A DNA stretch of 64,000 nucleotides from Ectothiorhodospiraceae bacterium. GTDB taxonomy: Bacteria; Pseudomonadota; Gammaproteobacteria; Nitrococcales; Aquisalimonadaceae. Below are positions 38,644 to 48,373 of this stretch, one piece after another; position 1 is the stretch's first letter, and the number at the start of each line of letters is the position of its first letter. The stretch spans positions 26,071 to 90,070 of the forward strand of contig JAFIFU010000005.1 of assembly GCA_020831885.1 (NCBI GenBank), in the 5' to 3' direction. The notes beneath the pieces are model-generated. The model did not search any database. It was not told the DNA's origin and saw nothing but the letters and a program-made list of their open reading frames with translations. Both the position numbers and the translations under genes were made by a program.

Positions 38644-39465
38644 ATGAAGCGCATCATCAACCAAACGCCGAACCGCCCCACCGGCCTCGCGCTGGGCCTG
38701 CTGCCCTTCGTGCTGGTGCTGCTGGTCTACATGGTGGCCTCTGCGGCGCGGCTGGCGGAGAATCCCAATGATCCGCTGCTGCCCTCGCTCTCCGCGATGG
38801 CGGAATCGTTCCAGCGGCTTGCCACCGAACCCAGCCGCCGCACCGGCGACCTGGTGCTCTGGGTGGACACCGCGGCCAGCCTCACCCGGCTTGGTCTCGG
38901 CGTGCTGATCAGCATGGCCATGGGCCTGATGGTGGGCATACTCACTGGCCTGATCCCCTACGTGCGGCGGGCGTTTTCTCCGTTCGTCGCCGTGCTCTCC
39001 ATGATCCCGCCCCTGGCCATGCTGCCCATTTTGTTCATCGCCTTCGGCGTTGGCGAACTGGCCAAGGTGATGCTGATCATCTTCGGCATCGCCCCGTTCA
39101 TCATGCGTGACGTGCAGCAGCGCGTGGAGGAACTCCCCACCGAGCAACTGGTGAAGGCCCAGACCCTGGGCGCGTCCACCTGGCAGATCATGCTGCGGGT
39201 GGTGCTACCCCAGGTGTTCCCGCGGCTGCTGGATGCGACGCGGCTGGCACTGGGCTCCGCCTGGCTGTTCCTGATCGCTTCCGAGGCCATCGCCGCCACC
39301 GAAGGGCTGGGTTACCGTATCTTCCTGGTGCGCCGCTACCTGGACATGGAAACCATCCTCCCCTACGTGGCCTGGATCACCCTGCTGGCCTTCACGGCAG
39401 ACATCCTGTTGCGGCTGATCACCCGCTACTGCTTCCCCTGGTACGGCGGAGGGAGGTCCCGATGA
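38644..39465 (+). CDS. ABC transporter permease
   Basis: Six hydrophobic segments and an EAA-loop-like GASTWQIMLRVVLPQVFPRL. Confidence 0.9.
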   Translation: MKRIINQTPNRPTGLALGLLPFVLVLLVYMVASAARLAENPNDPLLPSLSAMAESFQRLATEPSRRTGDLVLWVDTAASLTRLGLGVLISMAMGLMVGILTGLIPYVRRAFSPFVAVLSMIPPLAMLPILFIAFGVGELAKVMLIIFGIAPFIMRDVQQRVEELPTEQLVKAQTLGASTWQIMLRVVLPQVFPRLLDATRLALGSAWLFLIASEAIAATEGLGYRIFLVRRYLDMETILPYVAWITLLAFTADILLRLITRYCFPWYGGGRSR

Positions 39466-40259
39466 GCGCTGTGACGGCCAGAAACCTTTGGAAGGAATAC
39501 GACAGCGATGTGGTGCTGGAGAACATCGACCTCCATGTGCCCGCCGGCGAGTTCGTCACCATCGTCGGCGCCTCCGGCTGCGGCAAGAGCACCTTCCTGC
39601 GCATGCTGCTGGGGGAGGAGAGTCCGACCCGTGGCGAACTGCTGCTGGACGATGCGCCGATGCCCGCCGAGCCGGGACCGGATCGGGGGGTGGTGTTCCA
39701 GAAATACTCCGTGTTCCCGCACCTGACCGCCTTGAAGAACGTGATGGTGGCGGACGAGCTGGCCGGTGCCCGGCTCACCGGCAGGTTGTTCGGCAGCGCC
39801 CGTCGGCAGGCGCGGGAACGGGCCATGGACATGCTGCAGGCGGTGGGGCTGGATCACGCCGCCGACAAGTATCCCAGCGAACTCTCGGGCGGCATGCAGC
39901 AGCGCCTGGCCATCGCCCAGGCGCTGATGAAGGACCCGAAGGTGCTGCTGCTGGACGAGCCATTCGGTGCGCTGGACCCGGGCATCCGCAAGGACATGCA
40001 CGCGCTGATCCTGGATCTCTGGCAGCGCCGGGGGCTGACCGTGTTCCTGGTCACCCACGACCTGCAGGAAGGTTTCACGCTGGGCAGCCGCCTGCTGGTG
40101 TTCGACAAGGTGCGCCACGATCCGCAGGCCCCAGGGGCCTACGGCGCCAACATCACCTATGACATTCCGCTGCAGCGGCAGAACCCCGCACTGTACGACG
40201 AAGTGCGGGAACGCGTGGCGGCGGCGGAGCAGGAAACGTTGAAGGAGAGCACGCGATGA
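39462..40259 (+). CDS. ABC transporter ATP-binding protein
   Basis: Walker A GASGCGKST, signature LSGGMQQR and Walker B LLLDEPFGALD. Overlaps its neighbours by 4 nt. Confidence 0.9.
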   Translation: MSAVTARNLWKEYDSDVVLENIDLHVPAGEFVTIVGASGCGKSTFLRMLLGEESPTRGELLLDDAPMPAEPGPDRGVVFQKYSVFPHLTALKNVMVADELAGARLTGRLFGSARRQARERAMDMLQAVGLDHAADKYPSELSGGMQQRLAIAQALMKDPKVLLLDEPFGALDPGIRKDMHALILDLWQRRGLTVFLVTHDLQEGFTLGSRLLVFDKVRHDPQAPGAYGANITYDIPLQRQNPALYDEVRERVAAAEQETLKESTR

Positions 40260-40999
40260 GCGCATTGCGCGATATCGAGGACCGTATGGTGCACACCGAG
40301 ACCGTGCCCGGAGCCCGTTACTGGTCGCTGGTGATCCGGCGCGGTTTCACGCTGCGGCTGGTGGACGTGGAGGGTCGTGCCAACGTGTCCGCGCTGCTGT
40401 TCAACCCGCAGAACGTGCTGGAGCGCTACAACGCACCGGACACGCTGAAGGGTCAGCACACCTCGAAGCTCACCAAGGGCAACATGCTCTATTCCGACAT
40501 GGGGCGGGTGATGCTCTCCATCGTCGAGGACACGGTGGGCTGGCACGACACCATCGGCGGCGTCAGCGATGCGTCCATGGTCCGGCAGCAGTATGGCGAG
40601 CAGCGCTACCAGGAGCACCGCAACGCGTTCTACCGCAGTGGTCGTGAACTGTTCCTGATCGAGCTGCAGAAATGGGGCCTGGGCCGGCGCGACCTGGTGC
40701 CCAACCTGAACTTCTTCAGCAAGGTCTCCGCGGACCTGGACGGCACGCTGCGCTTCGCCGACAACCACAGCCAGCCCGGTGCTTATGTCGATCTGCGTGC
40801 CGAGATGGACACCCTGGTGGTGCTGAACACCGCGCCGCATCCCATGGACCCGTCCACCGAGTACCGCCCCGGAATGTTGAAGCTGGCGATCTACCGCGCC
40901 CCGCCGGTGGACCCGGAGACGGACGTCTGCGTGAACTTCCGCCCGGAAAACGCCCGCGCCTACGCCAACACCCGCATCCTCAACTGTCAGGAGGCCTGA
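40256..40999 (+). CDS. Urea-carboxylase-associated DUF1989 protein (probable carboxyguanidine deiminase subunit)
   Basis: Family pattern and position directly upstream of the carboxylase. Paralogous to the next gene. Confidence 0.8.
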   Translation: MSALRDIEDRMVHTETVPGARYWSLVIRRGFTLRLVDVEGRANVSALLFNPQNVLERYNAPDTLKGQHTSKLTKGNMLYSDMGRVMLSIVEDTVGWHDTIGGVSDASMVRQQYGEQRYQEHRNAFYRSGRELFLIELQKWGLGRRDLVPNLNFFSKVSADLDGTLRFADNHSQPGAYVDLRAEMDTLVVLNTAPHPMDPSTEYRPGMLKLAIYRAPPVDPETDVCVNFRPENARAYANTRILNCQEA

Positions 41000-41002
41000 G
41001 CA

Positions 41003-41653
41003 ATGTCCGGACAGAACCTGATCGAGAGCCCGCTGGACCCGAACAAGGCCCTGTACCGCCACGTGGTTGCAGCCGGCGAGCCCTGGATGCACGAACTGAA
41101 AAAGGGTCAGACCCTGCGCATCCTCGATCTGGAAGGCAACCAGGCCGCCGACACGCTGTTCTACAGCCTGGAGCGCCCCACCGAGGAGCACTACAGCGCG
41201 GTGCATACCATCCGCGCCCAGGGCAACGCCTACCTCACCGCGGGCTCGGTGCTGCGCTCCAATGAAGACCGCCCCATGCTCACCATCACCGCCGACACCT
41301 GCGGCCGCCACGACACCCTGGGCGGCGCCTGCGCGGCGGAGTCCAACCAGGTGCGTTACGCGCTGGAAAAGAAGCCCATGCACAATTGCCGGGACAACTT
41401 CCTCACCGCCATCGCAGAGAGCCACTACGGCCTCGGCAAGCGCGACGTGGTGCCCAACATCAATTTCTTCATGAATGTCCCGCTGACGCCGGAGGGCGGC
41501 CTCACCTTCGAGGACGGTATCTCTGATGCCGGCAAGTACGTGGAAATGCGGGCGGAAATGGACGTGATCGTGCTGGTCTCCAACTGCCCCCAGCTCAACA
41601 ACCCGTGCAACGCCTACAACCCCACGCCGGTGGAGATGCTGATTTGGGACTGA
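41003..41653 (+). CDS. Urea-carboxylase-associated DUF1989 protein (second subunit)
   Basis: [23 protein letters not shown] and [11 protein letters not shown] motifs. Confidence 0.8.
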   Translation: MSGQNLIESPLDPNKALYRHVVAAGEPWMHELKKGQTLRILDLEGNQAADTLFYSLERPTEEHYSAVHTIRAQGNAYLTAGSVLRSNEDRPMLTITADTCGRHDTLGGACAAESNQVRYALEKKPMHNCRDNFLTAIAESHYGLGKRDVVPNINFFMNVPLTPEGGLTFEDGISDAGKYVEMRAEMDVIVLVSNCPQLNNPCNAYNPTPVEMLIWD

Positions 41654-41723
41654 ATCGGGGGTGCAGCGTGGGGGTGCGGGCTCCGGTCCGGCCGTGTGTG
41701 GTGACAGCTCCGCCTACCTCAGG

Positions 41724-41931
41724 TCCGAGGCGGGGAAGCTCGTTCCGGACTGGCGGCCGGATGGACCCGGCCGACAAGCCTACATGGGTGAGGCCGATCA
41801 AGGGAAAGCATTGCTTTCCCCGGCCGAACGGGTTGGCCACGGATGGCCAACCCTGGCCCCGCAAGCGAAGCAGGAACGCGTAGCGACGCGGGGATTTACG
41901 GCGTGTCCGGAACGAGATTCCCCGCCTCGGG
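41724..41931 (+). repeat. REP-like structured intergenic element, copy C, with a 104-bp internal insert
   Basis: Arms 41724-41749 and 41906-41931 match at 24/26. Contains the hairpin GGCCGG-ATGGAC-CCGGCC. The core is split into AGCCTACATGG (41777-41787) and GGATTTACGGCGTGTCC (41892-41908). Confidence 0.6.
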
Positions 41932-41975
41932 CCGGAACGAAGCCCCCCAGCAACACCCCGAACAATCCTCCTTCC

Positions 41976-42025
41976 CACCGGGGACGACCCCGGTGTGCCC
42001 TGAATCCCCGCGGGACGACCCGTGG
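41976..42025 (+). promoter_or_regulatory. Candidate guanidine-II (mini-ykkC) riboswitch
   Basis: Two tandem hairpins with ACGA tetraloops, CACCGGGG-ACGA-CCCCGGUG and CCGCGGG-ACGA-CCCGUGG, joined by a 12-nt linker. Ends 18 nt before the carboxylase ATG. Confidence 0.6.
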
Positions 42026-42043
42026 ACCGGTTCCGGAACTGCC

Positions 42044-45000
42044 ATGTTCACCAAGGTACTGATTGCCAATCGCGGCGCCATTGCCTGCCGCATTATCCGC
42101 ACGCTGAAAAGACTCGGCGTCCAGTCCGTCGCCGTCTACAGCGAAGCCGACCGGCATTCCTTGCATGTCCGCCAGGCCGATGAGGCCGTTTGCATCGGCA
42201 AGGCCGCCGCCAGCAGCTCCTATCTGGATGCCGAACGCATCCTGGAGGCGGCGCGGGAGACCGGCGCCCAGGCCATCCACCCCGGCTACGGTTTCCTGTC
42301 GGAAAATGCCGAATTCGCCGAAGCCTGCGAGGCCACCGGCATCGCCTTCATCGGCCCCACGCCGCAGCAGCTCCGCGAATTCGGCCTCAAGCACACCGCC
42401 CGCGCGCTGGCGGAGCGCAACGGCGTGCCCATGCTGCCCGGCACCGGCCTGCTGGAAGACCCGGAGCAGAGCGTGGCCGAGGCGGCGCGGATCGGCTACC
42501 CGGTCATGCTCAAGAGCACCGCCGGGGGCGGCGGCATCGGCATGCAGATCTGCCATGACGAAAAACAGCTGCGCGAGGCCTACGACTCCGTCAAACGGCT
42601 CTCGCAGAACAATTTTTCCAACAGCGGCATCTTCCTGGAGAAATACGTCCAGCACGCCCGCCACATCGAGGTACAACTGTTCGGTGACGGCAAGGGGCAG
42701 GTGATCGCGCTGGGCGAGCGCGACTGTTCGCTGCAACGGCGCAACCAGAAGGTGGTGGAGGAGACCCCGGCACCGAACCTGGACGATGGCGTGCGGCAGC
42801 AACTGCTGGAGGCCGCGGAAACCCTGGGCCGTGGTGTGCGCTACCGCTCCGCCGGCACCGTGGAATACATCCTGGATGCGGATACCGGCGAATTCTACTT
42901 CCTGGAGGTGAACACCCGGCTGCAGGTGGAGCACGGCGTCACCGAGGAAGTCACCGGCGTGGATCTGGTGGAATGGATGGTGCGCGGCGCGGCGGACAAT
43001 CTGCCGGATCTGGAAAGCCTGCGGCCGGGCAAGGCCGACGGCCATTCCATTCAGGTGCGGCTGTACGCGGAAGACCCCGGCAAGCAGTTCCAGCCGTCCA
43101 CCGGCCTGCTCACCGAGGCCAGCTTTCCGGCCGATGCGCGGGTGGACACCTGGGTGGAGCGGGGCAGCGAGATCTCCCCCTACTACGACCCGATGATTGC
43201 CAAGATCATCGTCCACGCCCCGGACCGGGCAGCGGCCATCGACAAGTTGCGGGCGGCGCTGGACGCCACTGCACTGAGTGGGCTGGAAACCAATCTGCTG
43301 TATCTGCGGCAGGTGGTGGCCGAGCGCGTCTTCGGCGAAGGCCGTCAGACCACCCGCTACCTGAAAGATTTCAGCTACCGCGCCAGCACCGTGGAGGTGA
43401 TCAGCCCCGGGACGCAAACCACCATCCAGGATTATCCGGGCCGCGTGGGCTACTGGGACATCGGCGTGCCGCCCTCCGGCCCCATGGACGTGCTGGCCTT
43501 CCGGCTGGGCAACCGACTGCTGGGCAATGCCGAAGACGCCGCCGGGCTGGAGCTGACCGTCAACGGCCCCAGCCTCAGGTTCAACACGCAGGCCGTGGTC
43601 GCGCTCACTGGCGCAGCGATGAAGGCCACGCTGGACGGCGAGCCGGTGCCGCACTGGCAGCCGGTCAAGGTGCAACGCGGCCAGATCCTGAAGATTGCTG
43701 CGGTGGACGGCGCGGGTGCCCGCACCTACCTGCTGTTCCGCGGCGGCCTGGACGCGCCGCTGCACATGGGTAGCCGGTCCACCTTCACGCTGGGCCAGTT
43801 CGGTGGCCACGGCGGCCGCGTGCTGCGTCCGGGTGACGTGCTGCATCTGGCGGAGGCGGAGGCCGGCGAGGCGGTCGCGTTGCCGCAGGACGCCATCCCG
43901 GCCTACGACCATCAATGGGAGCTGCGTACGATCTACGGCCCCCACGGCGCGCCGGACTTTTTCACCCGGCAGGATATCGACACCTTCTTCGCCACCGACT
44001 GGGAAGTGCACTACAACTCCAGCCGCACCGGCGTCCGGCTGATCGGCCCCAAGCCCGAGTGGGCGCGGGAGGACGGCGGCGAGGCGGGGCTGCATCCGTC
44101 CAACATCCACGACAACGCCTACGCCATCGGCACCATCGACTTCACCGGCGACATGCCGGTTATCCTCGGCCCGGACGGCCCCAGCCTGGGCGGCTTCGTC
44201 TGCCCGGCCACCATCGTCACGGCCGACCTGTGGAAACTGGGTCAGCTCAAGCCCGGCGACACCCTGCGCTTCCTGCCGGTGAGCCTGGACGAGGCCAACC
44301 GCCTGGAGCGCGAGCAGGACGCCGCCATTGCGCAATTGCAGCCGGTGGATCAGCCTGCGCAGCCGGCGGCCATCACCACGCCGGTCCTGAAGGAGGACAA
44401 GGACAACGGCCACCCGGTGGGCGTCACCTACCGACCGGCCGGCGACAAGTACCTGCTGGTGGAATACGGGCCCATCGTGCTGGACCTGAACCTGCGTTTC
44501 CGCGTCCAGGCCCTGCTGGAATGGCTCACCGAGCAAGACATCACCGGCATCGTGGAGATGACGCCCGGCGTGCGCAGCCTGCAGATCCACTACGAGCCCA
44601 GGCAGTTGCCGCTGGCGCGGCTGATGCAATTGCTGGAGCAGGGCGAGGCGGAGCTGAAGGACCTGTCCGATGCCGAGCTGCCGTCGCGCATCATCCACCT
44701 GCCGCTGGCCTGGGATGACAGCCAGACGCGCTTGGCCACGCAGAAATACATGCAGTCGGTGCGCAAGGACGCGCCCTGGTGTCCGCGCAATATCGACTTC
44801 ATTCGCCGCATCAACGGCCTGGAGAGCGAAGCGGAGGTCAAGCGCATCGTCTATGACGCGGCCTACCTGGTCATGGGTCTGGGCGACGTCTACCTGTCAG
44901 CGCCACTGGCCACCCCGGTGGATCCGCGCCACCGGCTGGTCACCACCAAGTACAACCCGGCCCGCACCTGGACGCCGGAGAACGCCGTGGGCATCGGCGG

Positions 45001-45646
45001 TTCGTACATGTGCATCTACGGCATGGAAGGCCCCGGCGGCTACCAGTTCGTGGGCCGCACGCTGCAGATCTGGAACCGCTACAAGCAGACCCCGGAATTC
45101 CAGCGGCCCTGGCTGCTGCGCTTCTTCGACCAGATCCGTTTCTACGAGGTCTCGGAAGAGGAATTGCTGGCCATGCGTGACGCCTTCCCCAAGGGCGGTG
45201 TGCGGCTTGAGATCGAGGACACCACGTTCTCCCTGGCACGTTACAACCGCTTCCTGGAGGACAACCGCGACAGCATCCAGGCCTTCAAGCAGACCCAGCA
45301 GGCTGCCTTCGAAGCCGAGCGGCAGCACTGGATCGACACCGGCCAGGCCCACTACGAGGCCGACGCGGAGCCACCACCGCCGGAACCGGAAGGCGTCGAC
45401 CTGGCCGACGGCGAATCCGCCGTGGAAGGCCATGTGCACGGCAGCCTCTGGGCGCTGGACGTGAAGGTGGGCGACCGGGTGGAGCCGGGCCAGCAACTGC
45501 TGGTGCTGGAATCCATGAAGATGGAAATCCCCGTGCACAGTGATGCGGCCGGCGTTGTGAAACGGCTGTTGTGCGCCGAAGGCGCCCAGGTGGTTCCCGG
45601 TCAGGTGCTCCTGATCATAGAAGAAACGACGGGAGATGTGGCATGA
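42044..45646 (+). CDS. Biotin-dependent urea carboxylase family enzyme (likely guanidine carboxylase)
   Basis: Start [20 protein letters not shown] (biotin carboxylase). Central KipI/KipA-like carboxyltransferase region and a C-terminal biotinyl motif LESMKME. The 67 codons upstream in the track ORF cover the riboswitch and repeat. Confidence 0.9.
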   Translation: MFTKVLIANRGAIACRIIRTLKRLGVQSVAVYSEADRHSLHVRQADEAVCIGKAAASSSYLDAERILEAARETGAQAIHPGYGFLSENAEFAEACEATGIAFIGPTPQQLREFGLKHTARALAERNGVPMLPGTGLLEDPEQSVAEAARIGYPVMLKSTAGGGGIGMQICHDEKQLREAYDSVKRLSQNNFSNSGIFLEKYVQHARHIEVQLFGDGKGQVIALGERDCSLQRRNQKVVEETPAPNLDDGVRQQLLEAAETLGRGVRYRSAGTVEYILDADTGEFYFLEVNTRLQVEHGVTEEVTGVDLVEWMVRGAADNLPDLESLRPGKADGHSIQVRLYAEDPGKQFQPSTGLLTEASFPADARVDTWVERGSEISPYYDPMIAKIIVHAPDRAAAIDKLRAALDATALSGLETNLLYLRQVVAERVFGEGRQTTRYLKDFSYRASTVEVISPGTQTTIQDYPGRVGYWDIGVPPSGPMDVLAFRLGNRLLGNAEDAAGLELTVNGPSLRFNTQAVVALTGAAMKATLDGEPVPHWQPVKVQRGQILKIAAVDGAGARTYLLFRGGLDAPLHMGSRSTFTLGQFGGHGGRVLRPGDVLHLAEAEAGEAVALPQDAIPAYDHQWELRTIYGPHGAPDFFTRQDIDTFFATDWEVHYNSSRTGVRLIGPKPEWAREDGGEAGLHPSNIHDNAYAIGTIDFTGDMPVILGPDGPSLGGFVCPATIVTADLWKLGQLKPGDTLRFLPVSLDEANRLEREQDAAIAQLQPVDQPAQPAAITTPVLKEDKDNGHPVGVTYRPAGDKYLLVEYGPIVLDLNLRFRVQALLEWLTEQDITGIVEMTPGVRSLQIHYEPRQLPLARLMQLLEQGEAELKDLSDAELPSRIIHLPLAWDDSQTRLATQKYMQSVRKDAPWCPRNIDFIRRINGLESEAEVKRIVYDAAYLVMGLGDVYLSAPLATPVDPRHRLVTTKYNPARTWTPENAVGIGGSYMCIYGMEGPGGYQFVGRTLQIWNRYKQTPEFQRPWLLRFFDQIRFYEVSEEELLAMRDAFPKGGVRLEIEDTTFSLARYNRFLEDNRDSIQAFKQTQQAAFEAERQHWIDTGQAHYEADAEPPPPEPEGVDLADGESAVEGHVHGSLWALDVKVGDRVEPGQQLLVLESMKMEIPVHSDAAGVVKRLLCAEGAQVVPGQVLLIIEETTGDVA

Positions 45647-47451
45647 CTCTGCTGAGTGTGACCGAACTGCTGCAGCGCTACCGGACTGCTGCCTTGACTC
45701 CCCGCGCCCACATGAGATCCGTGATGGGCGCGGTCCGGGAGGCGGATGCGCGGAATATCTGGATCACAACACTGACCGATGAACAATTGGACCCTTATCT
45801 GCAGCGGCTCGAACAGGCTGACCCGGAGGCGTTGCCCCTGTACGGTGTGCCCTTTGCCATCAAGGACAACATCGACCTGGCCGGCGTACCCACCACCGCC
45901 GGCTGTCCGGCGTATGCCTATACACCCCAGACCTCGGCCTTTGTGGTACAGCGACTGATCGATGCCGGTGCCATTCCGGTGGGGAAAACCAACCTGGATC
46001 AGTTCGCCACCGGGCTGGTGGGTACGCGCTCCCCGTACGGGGCCTGCGGCAACGCCTTCGACCCTGCGTATGTGTCCGGGGGATCCAGCTCCGGCTCCGC
46101 TGTCGCCGTGGCGCTGGGGCAGGCGGCGTTCTCACTGGGCACCGACACCGCCGGTTCCGGTCGGGTGCCGGCAGCGCTGAACAACCTGGTTGGGGTGAAA
46201 CCCACCCGCGGCACCCTGAGCGCATCCGGCGTGGTGCCGGCCTGTCGCACGCTGGATACCATCTCGATATTCGCGCTGACCTCCGCGGATGCGCAGCGGG
46301 TGCTGGACGTGGCCTCCGTCTACGATCCGGAGGATGTCTACGCTCGACGGGATCAGGTGCCGGTGCTGGGTCATGGCAGCATCCCGTCCCAGCGCTTCCG
46401 CTTTGGCGTACCGCTTTCGGAGCAACTCGCGTTCTTCGGTGACGAGGCCGCGAAGACACTGTTCCGGCAGGCTGTGGCGCGCTTGCAGGCCCTGGGTGGC
46501 GAGTGTGTGGAACTGGATTTCGAGCCGTTTCTGGAAGCGGCGCGCCTGCTCTACGAGGGGCCCTGGGTCTCCGAGCGCTACACCGCTATCAGGGACTTCA
46601 TCGAACGTCAGCCGGAGGCGTTGTTCCCGGTCACCCGCCAGATCATCGGCGGAGGCGCCACCCCGCTGGCGACTGACGCCTTTGCCGCCCAGTATCGCCT
46701 GCAGGAACTCCGGCGCCAGTCCGAAGCGGTCTGGAGCCACATGGATCTGATCGTGACGCCTTCCGCCGGCACCATCTACACCATCGAGCAGGTGAATGCC
46801 GACCCGGTGCAACTGAACAGCAATCTGGGTTACTACACCAATTTCATGAACCTGCTGGATTACAGCGCGCTGGCCGTGCCGGCGGGCTTCCTGCCGGGTG
46901 GCCTGCCGTTCGGCGTCACCCTGTTCGCCCCGGCCTTCTACGACCAGGATCTGCTGGCGGTGGGTGATCGTCTGCACCGGGCGGGGGTGGACCGCCTGGC
47001 CACGGCCGGACGTGGCCTGCCGCGGGAGGCACCGGTGCAGGCGCGGCATGCCCACGTCATTCCGGTGGCGGTCTGTGGCGCCCATATGGAGGGTTTGGCG
47101 CTCAACCATCAGTTGACGGAACGCAATGCGCGGCATGTGGCGACCACACGCTCCGCGCCCCAGTACCGCTTCTATGTGTTGCCGGGCGGTCCGCCGGAGC
47201 GGCCGGGCATGGTGCACGTGGGGGCCGGTGGGGCCAGCATCGAGTTGGAGATCTGGGAAGTGCCCGCGAACCGTTTCGGCTCCTTCGTGGCCGGGATTCC
47301 CGCGCCGCTGGGCATTGGCAAGGTGCGGCTGGCGGATGGTGGCCAGGTGCCGGGGTTCATCTGTGAAGCGGCGGGCGCTGAAGATGCCACCGAGATCACG
47401 GAGTACGGATCGTGGCGGGCCTGGCTGGCACGTCGTCAGCCCACCAGGTAG
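45643..47451 (+). CDS. Allophanate hydrolase (amidase signature family)
   Basis: [14 protein letters not shown] amidase signature. ATGA overlap with the carboxylase stop. Confidence 0.85.
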   Translation: MTLLSVTELLQRYRTAALTPRAHMRSVMGAVREADARNIWITTLTDEQLDPYLQRLEQADPEALPLYGVPFAIKDNIDLAGVPTTAGCPAYAYTPQTSAFVVQRLIDAGAIPVGKTNLDQFATGLVGTRSPYGACGNAFDPAYVSGGSSSGSAVAVALGQAAFSLGTDTAGSGRVPAALNNLVGVKPTRGTLSASGVVPACRTLDTISIFALTSADAQRVLDVASVYDPEDVYARRDQVPVLGHGSIPSQRFRFGVPLSEQLAFFGDEAAKTLFRQAVARLQALGGECVELDFEPFLEAARLLYEGPWVSERYTAIRDFIERQPEALFPVTRQIIGGGATPLATDAFAAQYRLQELRRQSEAVWSHMDLIVTPSAGTIYTIEQVNADPVQLNSNLGYYTNFMNLLDYSALAVPAGFLPGGLPFGVTLFAPAFYDQDLLAVGDRLHRAGVDRLATAGRGLPREAPVQARHAHVIPVAVCGAHMEGLALNHQLTERNARHVATTRSAPQYRFYVLPGGPPERPGMVHVGAGGASIELEIWEVPANRFGSFVAGIPAPLGIGKVRLADGGQVPGFICEAAGAEDATEITEYGSWRAWLARRQPTR

Positions 47452-48224
47452 ACGTCGAAGCGGGTGCTGCTGCCGACGATCCTATGGCTGGGCTCCGGCC
47501 CCGGCAGCGCCGGCGCCTTGCGGGGGCGCTTGACCACCACGCGGTGGCGTGCCGTGTCCAGGGCGGCGGCCAGCAGCCCGGGTGGATCCGGGTCGGGGCC
47601 GAGCAGCGCCTGCAGCAGTTGCATCTCCTTGCGGGACTTGGCCGTCTTGCCGGTGTCCGGGTACATGGGGTCCAGGCAGACCACATCCGGCCGGTCCGTG
47701 TCCGTCAGGCCGGCCATCACCGACACCGCCTCGCCGCAGTGTAGTTTCAGATGCCTGGCCAGTTCCGCGCCTTCCGGTTCGGCGGCGGTGCGGCGCAGGG
47801 CATCGGCGAGCATGGCGGCCAGGACCGGGGAGCGCTCCACCATCAGTACCGGGCAGCCGCGCCGGGCCAGCAGCGCGGCGTCACGGCCAAGCCCCGCGGT
47901 GGCGTCCAGCACGGTGGGGCGCTGTCCGCGCCGGGCCCCCACAGCCCGGATCAGGCCCTCGCCGGCCGCGCTGGCCTGGTGCAATCGGGGGTTATGCAGC
48001 CACTGCACGGTGACTCCCTGGCCGGGACGCATGTGGACAAGGCGCAGCTCCAGCCCGGGCCCGGTGACCAGTAATCGTAATGGCGGGCCGTTCTCCTGGG
48101 GGGGGATCAATGGCAGGCCCAGCCGATCGGCCAGCGCCCGGGCGGCGCCGGCCATGGCCTCCCCTTCATGCCAGACGGCGCATGGAGGGCTGTTTCCGGA
48201 CCGGGAGGGTTCCTGTGTTGACAT
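47436..48224 (-). CDS. rsmJ: 16S rRNA (guanine1516-N2)-methyltransferase
   Basis: VLDATAGLGRDA, DVVCLDPMYP and STRFDVY motifs. The start at 48224 is tentative. Confidence 0.75.
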   Translation of the reverse strand: MSTQEPSRSGNSPPCAVWHEGEAMAGAARALADRLGLPLIPPQENGPPLRLLVTGPGLELRLVHMRPGQGVTVQWLHNPRLHQASAAGEGLIRAVGARRGQRPTVLDATAGLGRDAALLARRGCPVLMVERSPVLAAMLADALRRTAAEPEGAELARHLKLHCGEAVSVMAGLTDTDRPDVVCLDPMYPDTGKTAKSRKEMQLLQALLGPDPDPPGLLAAALDTARHRVVVKRPRKAPALPGPEPSHRIVGSSTRFDVYLVG

Positions 48225-48373
48225 GGCGGATGATGGTCTCGTGCGGCTTTGGCGGCCCGACGGGCACTGCAGTATGCTCAATGTAGAACGAGGATGCTGA
48301 AGAAGGCCGGGAACGGCAAGATTCAGCCACGACCGTTCGACACCCCGTCCGGGGCACAACAAAGGTGGATACC

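Noticed and set aside
41744-41786. CCGGAC...ACCCGG...GACAAG in copy C superficially resembles the guanidine-III (ykkC-III) consensus.
   Set aside because: The same layout recurs in copies A and B at unrelated loci with different stem sequences, so it belongs to the repeat element. The GGACGAGG and CAGGACAAGAC blocks are not matched.
41798-41956. AAGGAGG on the minus strand (41967-41973) followed by a GTG-initiated 52-codon ORF.
   Set aside because: The ORF runs through palindromic repeat hairpins, is the tail of the antisense shadow ORF, and has no coding signature.
41798-44698. 966-aa ORF on the minus strand opposite the carboxylase gene.
   Set aside because: It is an antisense shadow of a clearly identified gene. 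The composition is Gly/Arg/Ala/Pro/Val-rich with no motifs. In about 67% GC DNA, stop codons are rare in the antisense frames. The same reasoning rejects the following ORFs: 1575-2603, 9409-10605, 15611-16936, 17458-18954, 24601-25920, 26456-27892, 33608-35179, 35490-36698, 40157-41425, 46132-47217, 48866-50224, 54266-55657, 55731-56702 and 62372-63634.
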